Both the position numbers and the translations under genes were made by a program. From Moraxella nasicaprae (GTDB lineage Bacteria; Pseudomonadota; Gammaproteobacteria; Pseudomonadales; Moraxellaceae), in contig NZ_CP089977.1 of assembly GCF_025643275.1 (NCBI RefSeq), positions 660,001-692,000 on the forward strand: a stretch of 32,000 bases of DNA, written 5' to 3'. Numbering within the stretch: the first letter of the stretch is position 1; every line of letters starts with the position of its first letter. Positions 16,274 to 27,234 of the stretch are shown here, in pieces. The notes under the pieces are model-generated. The model worked only from the letters and a program-made list of their open reading frames with translations, was not told the origin of the DNA and made no database searches.

Positions 16274-17653
16274 TTAGATGGCTTGGATTGCGGTCAGGGC
16301 AATGGTATAGACAATATCATCAACCAAGCAGCCACGAGATAGGTCATTAACAGGTTTGTTTAGACCTTGTAGCATTGGACCTACGCTGAGTACATTGGCG
16401 TTTCTTTGTACTGCTTTATATAAAGCATTACCAACGCTTAGGCTTGGGAAAATAAAGACATTAGCTTGTCCTGCCACAGGCGAATTAGGTGCTTTTGATT
16501 GAGCAACCGAAGGCACGACAGCAGCGTCATACTGCAATGGACCCTCAACGGCAAGCTGTGGCTGTCTTTCTTTGACAATCTGAGTGGCATTGGCAACCAA
16601 ATCCACATCAGCACCAGCACCAGAAGTGCCAGTTGAGTAGCTAATCATCGCCACTTTCGGGTCAATACCAAAGGCTTTGGCAGACTCGGCAGTTTGAATG
16701 GCAATCTCAGCCAGTTCTTCGGCAGTTGGATTTGGATTGACTGCACAGTCAGCATACACCACCACCGACTCAGGCAATAGCATGAAGAAGCAGCTAGACA
16801 CAAGACTGTACTGCGGTGCGGTCTTAATCAACTGAAATGCTGGACGAATAGTGTTGGCAGTCGTATGTACCGCTCCTGATACCAGACCGTCCACATCGCC
16901 CATTTGAAGCATCATCGTGCCAAGCACCACCGTATCTGTCAGCTGTTCTTTGGCACCTTGCTCGTCCAGCTTGCCTTTACGGCGTTCTACCATCGGAGCA
17001 ACATACTGTTCGGCAATGCTTTGTGGGTCGATAATTTCAAGGCCTGCTGGGATTTGTAAGCCTTTTTCGCTGGCTACTTGCTGCACTTCTTCTGGCTTGG
17101 CAAGCAGTACGCATTGAGCGATACCACGAGTTTGGCAAATGATGGCAGCCTCAACGGTGCGTGGCTCAGCACCCTCTGGCAAGACGATGCGTTTTTTGGC
17201 ACTGATTGCCTTTTGGGTCAAGGCATGGCGAAATGCTGATGGCGATAGATTTGGCTTGCGGCTGCTTGGTTTGATGAACGCATCAATGCCATCTGTGGTG
17301 GTTGCCTGACCGATGACTCGTTCGCCAAAATCCGCCTTGCTGATGTTGATTAAGGCTTCATCATCGCCCACCAAAATCACATCAGCATCAAGTGCTAAGG
17401 CAAGCTCACGATTGACACGGCTGGCATAAGGATATTGCTGACTTACCCCTGCAACCAGCGTAATCTCATCACTGCTTTCGCCCGCTTTGGCATAAACCAG
17501 CTCCAACAAATCGTCCAAATTATTTTTGGCAAGAGCGGTCTCAAAACTGTCTTTGCCAAACACTGCAAACGGACTAAATACCGCTTTACCAGTACCAGCA
17601 ATAAAAGCATCAAAATCAAATGCTTGGGTTGGGACAAGTAGAATGGTTGTCAT
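16274..17653 (-). CDS. pta: phosphate acetyltransferase (intermediate-length form)
   Basis: 459 aa. The C-terminal ~325 aa is the PTA_PTB domain ([61 protein letters not shown]). The N-terminal ~135 aa looks like a remnant of the DTBS-like domain without a P-loop. Confidence 0.9.
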   Translation of the reverse strand: MTTILLVPTQAFDFDAFIAGTGKAVFSPFAVFGKDSFETALAKNNLDDLLELVYAKAGESSDEITLVAGVSQQYPYASRVNRELALALDADVILVGDDEALINISKADFGERVIGQATTTDGIDAFIKPSSRKPNLSPSAFRHALTQKAISAKKRIVLPEGAEPRTVEAAIICQTRGIAQCVLLAKPEEVQQVASEKGLQIPAGLEIIDPQSIAEQYVAPMVERRKGKLDEQGAKEQLTDTVVLGTMMLQMGDVDGLVSGAVHTTANTIRPAFQLIKTAPQYSLVSSCFFMLLPESVVVYADCAVNPNPTAEELAEIAIQTAESAKAFGIDPKVAMISYSTGTSGAGADVDLVANATQIVKERQPQLAVEGPLQYDAAVVPSVAQSKAPNSPVAGQANVFIFPSLSVGNALYKAVQRNANVLSVGPMLQGLNKPVNDLSRGCLVDDIVYTIALTAIQAI

Positions 17654-17994
17654 AATTTTTCCTTAACTAAAACTTGTTTTGGTGATGTCTTTTGAGTATT
17701 GACCGCTTAGATGGTCATGCTATTTTGCACCATGTTGCAAAAAAGTTCCTATTTGGGTCAAAAATCTCACGCCCAAAACACATCGCCAATGGTGTGATTT
17801 AGCCCAAACGCCCTGCCATGACAAACCAACTCATGGCACGCCGCTTCATTAAATATAGGGCTGGTGTTATTTGTGTTTTTTAAATTTGTTTTTGGACAAG
17901 ACATCTTGAATGTATTCATGCCTCAAAAAAGCATTTTTTTATCATCAAATATCATGTTGATGACTTGCCCAAATGGTCAATTTTTTTAAAAAAT

Positions 17995-18030
17995 AGGCAA
18001 AAAATGCACCGTTTGACACAGTGCATTTTT
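17995..18030 (-). terminator. intrinsic terminator immediately after ackA
   Basis: On the minus strand, aaaaatgcac tgtgtcaaacg gtgcattttt followed by more T residues. Confidence 0.65.
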
Positions 18031-18034
18031 TTAC

Positions 18035-19222
18035 TTACAGACCCAAAACAGCTTTGGTTTCAAAGGCGATTTGGAATTCTTCATCGGTTGGGATTACCCA
18101 TAGCTCAATGCTAGAATCAGCAGTATGGAAGCTGCCTTCTGCACCACGGAACAAGGCTTGGTTCTTGTCTGCATCAATCTTAGCACCCAAATGTTTTAGA
18201 TGAGAGACGATAGATGCACGCATATCTGCACCATTTTCACCCACACCGCCTGTAAAGGCAATGCCTGTGAAAGTTGGTAGAGCAGCGGTCAAGCCCAAGA
18301 TGTACTTGGCAGTACGATAAGCAAACATTTCTAGTGCCAAAATCGCATCAGCATTGCCTTCTTTGGCGGCAGTTTCTAGGTTACGCATATCATTTGAGAT
18401 GCCAGAGACACCAAGCAGACCGCTTTTTTTGTTCAGCAAGGTATCAATCTCTTCAATGCTAAGACCTAGCGTACGATGTAGATGAATGTGCATGCTTGGG
18501 TCTAAGTCGCCACTGCGAGTACCCATCATCAAGCCTTCTAGCGGGGTAATGCCCATACTGGTGTCTAGACTTTTGCCCTCATACACAGCGGTCGCTGAGC
18601 AACCATTACCCAAGTGAGCCACTACCCAGCCGTGCGGTGCTGGCTTATCGGTCAAGGTGCTGGCACGATTAGAGACATAAGCGTGTGATGAGCCGTGGAA
18701 GCCGTAACGGCGGATTTGATGCTCTGTATAAAGCTCTTTTGGAATGGCGTAACGATAGGCGTGAGCTGGCATACTTTGATGGAATGCGGTGTCAAAAATC
18801 GCCACCTGTGGCAAATCTGGATAAATTGCGTTAATCGCACGGATACCAGCAGCATTGGCTGGGTTGTGTAGCGGTGCAAGACTTGCCAGCTCTTCGATGG
18901 TTGCCAAGACTTCGTCAGTAATGACAGTCGCTGATTTGAATTTATCGCCACCATGCACCACACGATGACCAACCGCCACAGGCTTATACTCGCTGATTAG
19001 CTCGCCCAAGATGATTTGTAGGGCTTCGGTATGAGCACCTGAATTGGGGATATTGATTTCAATTTTTGAACCATCTAGGTTTTTATGCTTGATGCGAGCA
19101 TCGGTGTTGCCTAAGGCTTCGGCAAGACCTTCAATGCGGCTTTCGCCATCTTCGCTGATTAGGGCATATTTGATTGATGATGAACCACAGTTTAGGACTA
19201 GGGTTGGATTGATTAGACTCAT
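18035..19222 (-). CDS. ackA: acetate kinase
   Basis: 395 aa with LVLNCGSSSIKY, GHRVVHGG, FDTAFHQ, YGFHGSSH and FTGGVGEN. Confidence 0.95.
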   Translation of the reverse strand: MSLINPTLVLNCGSSSIKYALISEDGESRIEGLAEALGNTDARIKHKNLDGSKIEINIPNSGAHTEALQIILGELISEYKPVAVGHRVVHGGDKFKSATVITDEVLATIEELASLAPLHNPANAAGIRAINAIYPDLPQVAIFDTAFHQSMPAHAYRYAIPKELYTEHQIRRYGFHGSSHAYVSNRASTLTDKPAPHGWVVAHLGNGCSATAVYEGKSLDTSMGITPLEGLMMGTRSGDLDPSMHIHLHRTLGLSIEEIDTLLNKKSGLLGVSGISNDMRNLETAAKEGNADAILALEMFAYRTAKYILGLTAALPTFTGIAFTGGVGENGADMRASIVSHLKHLGAKIDADKNQALFRGAEGSFHTADSSIELWVIPTDEEFQIAFETKAVLGL

Positions 19223-19366
19223 AAAAGCTCCAATGGGGATTTGTGTTGGCGAAGTGGTTGCTTTAAGAATGATGAATTTTTAAAATCATGCCACCAAACG
19301 CCCGTGATTATCAAACGATATACCGTCTATTTTACAATGTTTTGCCTCATTTTGCCAAAACAATTT

Positions 19367-19396
19367 TTGACCGAATAATTGTCATTATGCTACAAT
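19367..19396 (+). promoter_or_regulatory. candidate sigma70 promoter for lptM-lysA
   Basis: TTGACC (19367-19372), an 18-nt spacer, then TGcTACAAT (extended -10, 19388-19396). Confidence 0.45.
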
Positions 19397-19430
19397 ACAC
19401 GGTGTTTTTAATAAAATTTGATGGTATTGT

Positions 19431-19538
19431 ATGAAATTATTACCAATAGCACTCATCGCCCTATTGTGCCTGACAGCCTGTGGTCAAAAGGGAGCGTTAT
19501 ACCTACCTAACCAATCCACCAACATTTCTCAACAATAA
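19431..19538 (+). CDS. lptM: small lipoprotein, LptM/YifL family
   Basis: 35-aa ORF not in the supplied track: MKLLPIALIALLCLTACGQKGALYLPNQSTNISQQ. It has the lipobox LTAC followed by the family-typical GxKGxLYLP, and sits directly upstream of lysA-dapF-xerC, as yifL does upstream of dapF in enterobacteria. Confidence 0.65.
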   Translation: MKLLPIALIALLCLTACGQKGALYLPNQSTNISQQ

Positions 19539-19558
19539 AAAATTAAGGAAATTTTGTC

Positions 19559-20869
19559 ATGACTTTTAGTCCTGCCAGCCGCATGATTGATGACGCCTTA
19601 TTGATTGACGCTGATGTTCTGACCCAAGCATTGCCTTATATTGATTATCAAAACCACCACCTAACCATCGATGGCGTGCCTGCTGATGAACTATGCCAAA
19701 CCTATGGCACGCCTTTATATGTCTATTCTAAGCGTGCTTTGCTAGACAAATATGCTGAGTACTGTCATGGTTTTGCCAATATCAACCATCGTATCTGTTA
19801 TGCGGTCAAGACCAACTCAAATCTTGCTGTTCTAAAAACTCTGGCACAGGCAGGGGCTGGTTTTGATATCGTTTCCAAAGGTGAATTGGCTCGTGTATTG
19901 CAGGTGACAGACGGCAAAAAAGTGGTTTATTCAGGCGTGGGCAAAACCAAGGAAGATATTGCTTTTGCTTTGGAGGCTGACATTGATTGCTTTAATGTTG
20001 AAGCGATTAGCGAGTTGGATTTAATCAACCAAGTTGCCCAAGAGCTTGGCAAAACCGCTCGTATCTCACTACGCATCAATCCTGATGTCGATGCCAAAAC
20101 TCACCCTTATATTTCAACAGGCATGAAAGATAACAAGTTTGGCATCAGTCACGAGCAAGCCGTAGCAAGCTATCTACACGCCAGCTCATTGCCAAATCTG
20201 CACATCAAAGGCATTGACTGCCATATCGGCTCACAACTGCTCGACACGCAGGGCTTTTCAGATGCTTTGGATAAAATTATCGAACTGATTGACGCCCTAA
20301 AAGCCCATGGCATCACGCTAGAACACATTGACCTAGGTGGCGGTCTTGGCGTGCGATACATCGATGAAAATCCTGCCAGTATCGCAGAATACGCCCAGAC
20401 GCTATTGCCACGCTTGCAGGCTTTGGGTTTGACATTATATCTTGAACCAGGTCGCAGTTTGGTTGCCAATTCTGGTGTGCTTTTGACTCGTGTTGATGTG
20501 TTAAAACCCACCGAATTTAAAAATTTCGCTGTTGTTGATGCCTCGATGAGCGAATTGATTCGTCCCGCTCTATATGAAGCGGTCATGGCAATCATTCCAG
20601 CCAACAATGAACATCAAGACAATCCAAAGGTTTGGGATATTGTCGGCTCAGTCTGTGAATCTAGTGATGTGCTGGGCAAAAATCGCCTGCTTGATATCAA
20701 GGTTGGCGACACACTTGCCATCACAGGGGCTGGGGCATACGGCTTTACGATGGCAAGCAACTACAACAGTCGCCCACGCCCTGCTGAGGTGATGGTTGAT
20801 GATGGAAAACATCGTCTGATTCGCCAGCGTGAGACACTAGATGACTTATGGAAAGGCGAATTTGCCTAA
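19559..20869 (+). CDS. lysA: diaminopimelate decarboxylase
   Basis: 436 aa. The PLP-lysine region is YAVKTNSN, plus GIDCHIGSQ, EPGRSLVA and CESSD. Confidence 0.95.
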   Translation: MTFSPASRMIDDALLIDADVLTQALPYIDYQNHHLTIDGVPADELCQTYGTPLYVYSKRALLDKYAEYCHGFANINHRICYAVKTNSNLAVLKTLAQAGAGFDIVSKGELARVLQVTDGKKVVYSGVGKTKEDIAFALEADIDCFNVEAISELDLINQVAQELGKTARISLRINPDVDAKTHPYISTGMKDNKFGISHEQAVASYLHASSLPNLHIKGIDCHIGSQLLDTQGFSDALDKIIELIDALKAHGITLEHIDLGGGLGVRYIDENPASIAEYAQTLLPRLQALGLTLYLEPGRSLVANSGVLLTRVDVLKPTEFKNFAVVDASMSELIRPALYEAVMAIIPANNEHQDNPKVWDIVGSVCESSDVLGKNRLLDIKVGDTLAITGAGAYGFTMASNYNSRPRPAEVMVDDGKHRLIRQRETLDDLWKGEFA

Positions 20870-20882
20870 TGCCTCCAATCTC

Positions 20883-20911
20883 AAAACCGCTCCATGTTGA
20901 GCGGTTTTTTT
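20883..20911 (+). terminator. intrinsic terminator after lysA
   Basis: Arms aaaaccgctc and gagcggtttt (10 bp) with a 6-nt loop, followed by a T run. Confidence 0.75.
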
Positions 20912-21114
20912 ATCATACAAACCAAGCCACACTCAGTATCTGCAATCCCATCATAAACCATCATCAAAACAAGGCAACAAATTTGGCAAACCGCCTGACT
21001 TTTGGACAAAATAAATCGCCTCGAAAATCCATCATTTGGCATAAAAACACCTAGCCAAGCCCATGACAACATGGTAAGATAGCAGGCAATATTATAAAAA
21101 TGAAGGACACAATT

Positions 21115-22014
21115 ATGCTGATTGAATTTACCAAAATGCACGGACTGGGCAATGATTTTATGGTCATTGACTTGGTTACCCAAAGAATGGTTCTAACCCC
21201 AGAACTGGTTAGACTGCTTGCCGATCGCCGTATTGGTGTGGGTTTTGACCAACTACTGATTGTTGAACCACCCACCCGTCCCGATGTGGATTTTAAATAC
21301 CGTATTTTTAATGCTGATGGCAGCGAAGTGTCACAATGTGGTAATGGTGCTAGATGCTTTGCCTCATTCGTTCAAGCACGCAAGCTGTCTTTTAAACAGC
21401 GACTAAGAGTCGAGACCGCCAGCGGCATCATCACTCTGAACACCGACCGTTACGGCTGGGTGCAGGTCGATATGGGCAAGCCCAAGTTTGAGCCTGTTGA
21501 AATTCCTTTTACCCCAAAAGCCATCACTCGCATTGGTAATGCTTATCGGCTGGATGTTGATGGCGAACCTGTTGAGCTGTATGTTGCCAACATGGGCAAT
21601 CCACACGCCGTCATCAAAGTGGACGATGTTTTGACCGCTGATGTTGAACGATTAGGAGCGTTAATTGAGTCGCACGAAGCATTTCCTGAGCGAGTCAATG
21701 TCGGCTTTATGCAGGTTGTCAATCAACGCCACATTCGCTTGCGTGTCTTTGAACGAGGTGTTGGCGAGACCCAAGCCTGTGGCACAGGGGCATGTGCGGC
21801 AGTTGCCACAGGGATTCGAGAGGGCTGGCTAGATGAAGGTGTGGACATTCGAGCTCAGCTATATGGAGGTAGTCTGGCGATTCGCTGGCAAGAGGGCTAC
21901 TCTTTGATGATGACAGGTCCAACTGCCTTTGTCTTTGAGGGTGTATTTAGCCCAGATGGACTGGCGGCATCGGCTGGTATCAAGCTCAACCCAGACGCTG
22001 ACAACACCTTTTAG
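21115..22014 (+). CDS. dapF: diaminopimelate epimerase
   Basis: [19 protein letters not shown], with catalytic cysteine motifs SQCGNGARC and [15 protein letters not shown] lies 7 nt before the ATG at 21115. It carries a ~20-aa C-terminal extension compared with a typical DapF. Confidence 0.93.
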   Translation: MLIEFTKMHGLGNDFMVIDLVTQRMVLTPELVRLLADRRIGVGFDQLLIVEPPTRPDVDFKYRIFNADGSEVSQCGNGARCFASFVQARKLSFKQRLRVETASGIITLNTDRYGWVQVDMGKPKFEPVEIPFTPKAITRIGNAYRLDVDGEPVELYVANMGNPHAVIKVDDVLTADVERLGALIESHEAFPERVNVGFMQVVNQRHIRLRVFERGVGETQACGTGACAAVATGIREGWLDEGVDIRAQLYGGSLAIRWQEGYSLMMTGPTAFVFEGVFSPDGLAASAGIKLNPDADNTF

Positions 22015-22016
22015 CC

Positions 22017-22982
22017 GTGAGATTATCCGCCATTCTCAACCCAAAAACCCCAAGACCCGATGATGCGGCTTGGGGTTATCTGACTGCTTGGCTAAAAATC
22101 TTATCCCAACAAAATTTCTCCACTCATACCATCAATGCTTATCATCAAAGCATCATTCGCTTGCTGAATTTTTTAGAAAATCAACAAAAAAACCTACTGC
22201 ACGCCACTCGCTTGGACATTGAACAATATTTTGGCACTCGCCTAGAAGAAGACGGCTTGCAAGTCAGTAGTATCAAACAAGAATTGGCAGGCATTCGTAA
22301 ATTTTGCCAATATCTGACTGAGCAACATTACTTGGCTTACAATCCCACCACAGGCTATAAGCTAAAAACCCAACCCAGAAATCTACCCAAAGTCGCTGAT
22401 GAATCGCTCATCGCTCGCCTACTAGACCAACCAATGCCATCAGAGCCAATGGCTGCACGACTGTGGGTGCGAGATAAGGCAATGTTTGAATTGATGTACA
22501 GTAGTGGATTGCGGGTCTCAGAATTGGTTGGGCTGAACATGGGCGACATCAATTTTGATGAGAAAATCGTACGAGTGCTGGGTAAAGGCAATAAAGTCCG
22601 CCAAGTGCCTGTTGGTTCCAAGGCTTTGATTGCCATCAAGCACTACCTACCCCATCGAGATTTGTGGCAAGAACAAAACAGCAATGCCCTATTCATCAGC
22701 GAACGATTTGGAACCAGATTATCGGTGCGTGCAGTACAACTAAGACTGACCGCCTGTGCAACACGAGCAGGCATAGAACTGTCCTTGCACCCACATCTGC
22801 TGCGACATTGTTTTGCCTCTCATTTGCTGACCGCCAGCGGTGATTTGCGTGCTGTTCAAGACATGCTTGGGCATACTAACATCAGTACCACGCAGATTTA
22901 TACCCAAGTGGATTTTGGTACGCTATCACAAGTTTATGATGGCACACACCCCAGAGCCAACAAAAAATCACGCCCAACATGA
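22017..22982 (+). CDS. xerC: tyrosine recombinase XerC
   Basis: Catalytic residues are in context (GLRVSELVGL, HPHLLRHCFASHLL, GHTNISTTQIYTQV). The position after dapF is conserved. The only canonical start is GTG at 22017, with no SD, so the start is uncertain. Confidence 0.85.
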   Translation: MRLSAILNPKTPRPDDAAWGYLTAWLKILSQQNFSTHTINAYHQSIIRLLNFLENQQKNLLHATRLDIEQYFGTRLEEDGLQVSSIKQELAGIRKFCQYLTEQHYLAYNPTTGYKLKTQPRNLPKVADESLIARLLDQPMPSEPMAARLWVRDKAMFELMYSSGLRVSELVGLNMGDINFDEKIVRVLGKGNKVRQVPVGSKALIAIKHYLPHRDLWQEQNSNALFISERFGTRLSVRAVQLRLTACATRAGIELSLHPHLLRHCFASHLLTASGDLRAVQDMLGHTNISTTQIYTQVDFGTLSQVYDGTHPRANKKSRPT

Positions 22983-23008
22983 CGCTCATCAAGCGACACA
23001 CCAGCAAT

Positions 23009-23404
23009 TTAATGCCCATCATTTGTCTGATATTGGCTTAGCTCAATCAAATTACCATCAGGGTCTTGGATATAGATGGATTGAATTGTACCAACCGCCC
23101 CTGTGCGTGTCACAATGCCATCAATGATGGGTATCTGTCTTTGATGTAAAAATTCAAGCCATGCCTTTAAACCACCATCAACCAATAAGCACAAATCAGC
23201 ACTGCCTGTGGTGGCATGCTTGGCATTGGGCAACACAGGATTGTCTTGATGATGTAGGTTGATTTTTTGCTGACCAAATCCCAAAGCATGACGATGATGA
23301 CCAAAAATCATGTGCGTCATACCCAAAATCTGAGTGTAAAACGCCACGCTTTGCTCAATATCCGACACGGTCAATACCAAATGATCAAGTCCGACCACCT
23401 TCAT
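23009..23404 (-). CDS. VOC family protein (glyoxalase/bleomycin-resistance/dioxygenase fold)
   Basis: 131 aa with the N-terminal LDHLVLTVSDIEQSVAFYTQILGM and the C-terminal YIQDPDGNLIEL, both typical of VOC modules. Confidence 0.7.
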   Translation of the reverse strand: MKVVGLDHLVLTVSDIEQSVAFYTQILGMTHMIFGHHRHALGFGQQKINLHHQDNPVLPNAKHATTGSADLCLLVDGGLKAWLEFLHQRQIPIIDGIVTRTGAVGTIQSIYIQDPDGNLIELSQYQTNDGH

Positions 23405-23735
23405 TCATCATCTCCTTGTTTGACGGTAAAGTAGTTTTGGTAATTTTTTATTCATCATCATTAACATCACAAGATTGCACATGATGACTTGGCAACTCGA
23501 CCAAAAAACAGTTTTTTGTTGATAATTATTTCACAAAAATTAGGCATGAACACCCTTGGTGCATATAACCAAAAATTAAAAACCGCCCATGATTACCATC
23601 ATGGCGATGAGTACATCATCGAGACTGACTCTCATGACAACATGGAATTTGGTTGTATTTTGTGCAGTGTTGTGCATTGATGATTCATTGCAATCCATGT
23701 AGCAATCACATGATGAAAGATAAGTTTTTTACAAT

Positions 23736-23770
23736 AAATAAACCCCAAGATAGCACTCTTGGGGTTTATT
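23736..23770 (-). terminator. intrinsic terminator after groEL
   Basis: aaataaACCCCAAGA tagcac TCTTGGGGTttatt, followed on the minus strand by a U-rich tract. Confidence 0.7.
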
Positions 23771-23790
23771 GTCAATGTAGCAAAAGCAGA

Positions 23791-25458
<1,668 letters not shown>

Positions 25459-25466
25459 TTAATCAA

Positions 25467-25754
25467 TTATGCTTCTAGCACGCCAAGCACATCGCTTTCT
25501 TTCATGATGAGCAATTCTTCGCCATCAACTTTGACCGTTTGACCAGCGTATTGGCTAAACAGCACCACATCGCCAACTTTGACATCTAAGGGACGCACAC
25601 CATTGTCGGTGATTTGACCATTACCAGCAGCGATGATGGTGCCTTGTTGTGGCTTTTCTTGGGCAGAACCTGGCAATAGGATACCGCCAGCGGTTTTTTG
25701 CTCTTCTTCGGTGCGGCGAACCACGATGCGGTCGTGCAATGGACGAATTTTCAT
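25467..25754 (-). CDS. groES: co-chaperonin GroES
   Basis: 95 aa beginning [14 protein letters not shown], 35 nt upstream of groEL. Confidence 0.97.
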   Translation of the reverse strand: MKIRPLHDRIVVRRTEEEQKTAGGILLPGSAQEKPQQGTIIAAGNGQITDNGVRPLDVKVGDVVLFSQYAGQTVKVDGEELLIMKESDVLGVLEA

Positions 25755-25820
25755 AAAAACTCCTTAACTTTGACAATTATTTTTTCATTAAGCAAATGAT
25801 TTGCTCAAAATCTTGGCTTA

Positions 25821-25850
25821 CAGATGGTGTTTGTGGTGCAATTTTTCAAG
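25821..25850 (-). promoter_or_regulatory. candidate sigma32 heat-shock promoter of groES-groEL
   Basis: The minus strand reads CTTGAAA aattgcaccacaaa CACCATCT, compared with the consensus CTTGAAA-N13-15-CCCCATNT. It lies ~65 nt upstream of the groES ATG. Confidence 0.55.
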
Positions 25851-26087
25851 CAATTTTTTACAAATAGCCATAAATTTTTTCTTGATTGATGCCAGATTGT
25901 CCGTCAATTTACCCAGACCGCCACAAAAATATCCAAATCTTAGCAAATAAACCAAATTGTTACGCAATCTTGGGAAAATTTGACACAAGCACTACAAACA
26001 AAAGCGATTATTTACTTGAAATTGTAACAAAAATTGTCCATTATAAGCACACAAACACAGATTTCTATCAGATGATGGAGTTTTATA

Positions 26088-26771
26088 ATGAAAATGACTA
26101 AAACAATCCTAGCATTAAGCACTCTTGTTATGTTGCCAGTTGCCAGCTTGGCAGCTGATTTACCAGCGTTTTCTGCCACTTATAATGTCAGTGCTGACGG
26201 CTTTAAAGGCAGTGCCACTCGCACCCTAACCAAGTCAGGCAATAGCTACAAATACAGAGTATCAGGCTCTGCCGCCAAAGTTGCCAACCTAAGCCAAGAG
26301 GCCAATTTTAGCCTATCTAACAACCAAATCGTCCCAAATAATGCACAAATGTCAGCAAAAATCTTAGGCATTGGTAATACACACAGCATTAAATTTAATA
26401 ATGCGGCAAAAACTGTGGTCAGTACCTATAAAGGCAAAAGCAAGACGCTCAATATGAGCCGTCAAGCCTATGATGACCTTAGCATGGAGGCTCAAATTCG
26501 CCAAGAACTCATCAATGGCAAGTTTAGTGGCAGCTACCATCTGGTCAAAAAGAATGAGATTGAAGTCACCAAATTCAAAAAAGCAGGCAACAGCAAAATC
26601 ACTGTCCCTGCTGGCACTTATGAAGTGATTCGCATTGACCGCATTCATCACGACACCGACCGTGCAACCAGCTTTTGGCTAGCACCACAGCTAAACTATC
26701 TGCCCGTCAAGGTCAGTCAAATCGCTGATGGCAAGGTCATCTCGATGGAGCTAAGCAGAGTTAATCAATGA
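26088..26771 (+). CDS. exported protein, DUF3108-like
   Basis: GGAG lies 7 nt before the ATG. Signal peptide is MKMTKTILALSTLVMLPVASLAA. The protein is beta-rich with a C-terminal FWLAPQLNYLPVKV motif recalled from DUF3108 proteins. Confidence 0.55.
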   Translation: MKMTKTILALSTLVMLPVASLAADLPAFSATYNVSADGFKGSATRTLTKSGNSYKYRVSGSAAKVANLSQEANFSLSNNQIVPNNAQMSAKILGIGNTHSIKFNNAAKTVVSTYKGKSKTLNMSRQAYDDLSMEAQIRQELINGKFSGSYHLVKKNEIEVTKFKKAGNSKITVPAGTYEVIRIDRIHHDTDRATSFWLAPQLNYLPVKVSQIADGKVISMELSRVNQ

Positions 26772-26787
26772 TTGGATAAGTAAATCG

Positions 26788-26822
26788 ATGGCACAAGTAC
26801 ATTAGGTGGTTGTGCCATTTTT
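26788..26822 (+). terminator. intrinsic terminator after the DUF3108-like gene
   Basis: Arms atggcacaa and ttgtgccat (9 bp) with a 13-nt loop, followed by tttt. It overlaps the 3' end of the convergent gene. Confidence 0.6.
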
Positions 26823-27224
26823 GTGCATGGCAGGCAATCGTTTTAGTAGCACAAACAGCAGTCCGTTAATCAATACCAGTAGCACAGTTTGAATGATGCC
26901 ATAGAACAGCAAGACAGTTGGCAGCTGCTGATACACACCCATCAATAATTGCACACCTGCCACACCTAAATAAATCAGCGTCACAAAACTAAGCACAATC
27001 AACGCATAAGGCTTTTTACCGTGCCAAATCCAGATACTGCCAATCAACGCAGGTAAATATGCCAGCAATTGCACACTAAAAAATTTCAACCAGTCTGATG
27101 ATGTCATCATCGTCAATATCACAGGGTGCACCACCACCCCCATCACCAGCCACAGCCCCCAACTCAAACGCAATTTTTGCTGAATTGGTGCAACGGGCTT
27201 GGGTTGTTTATCGGTTGCTTTCAT
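26802..27224 (-). CDS. small 4-TM membrane protein, possibly DUF2069-like
   Basis: 140 aa starting 11 nt after the wrbA stop on the same strand. It has four hydrophobic helices. The family assignment rests only on its size, topology and position next to wrbA. Confidence 0.45.
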   Translation of the reverse strand: MKATDKQPKPVAPIQQKLRLSWGLWLVMGVVVHPVILTMMTSSDWLKFFSVQLLAYLPALIGSIWIWHGKKPYALIVLSFVTLIYLGVAGVQLLMGVYQQLPTVLLFYGIIQTVLLVLINGLLFVLLKRLPAMHKNGTTT

Positions 27225-27234
27225 ACCATTTCCA

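Noticed and set aside
17767-17919. 50-codon minus-strand ORF (MNTFKMSCPKTNLKNTNNTSPIFNEAACHELVCHGRAFGLNHTIGDVFWA) in the ackA-pta spacer.
   Set aside because: GAGG lies only 1 nt from the ATG, which is too close for a functional SD. The composition is low-complexity and no motif is recognisable. It remains a possibility only if it is conserved in relatives.
23489-23680. 63-aa plus-strand ORF in the 330-nt spacer between the VOC gene and groEL.
   Set aside because: It has a TTG start, no SD and no recognisable motif. The spacer more plausibly holds the VOC gene promoter and the groEL terminator.
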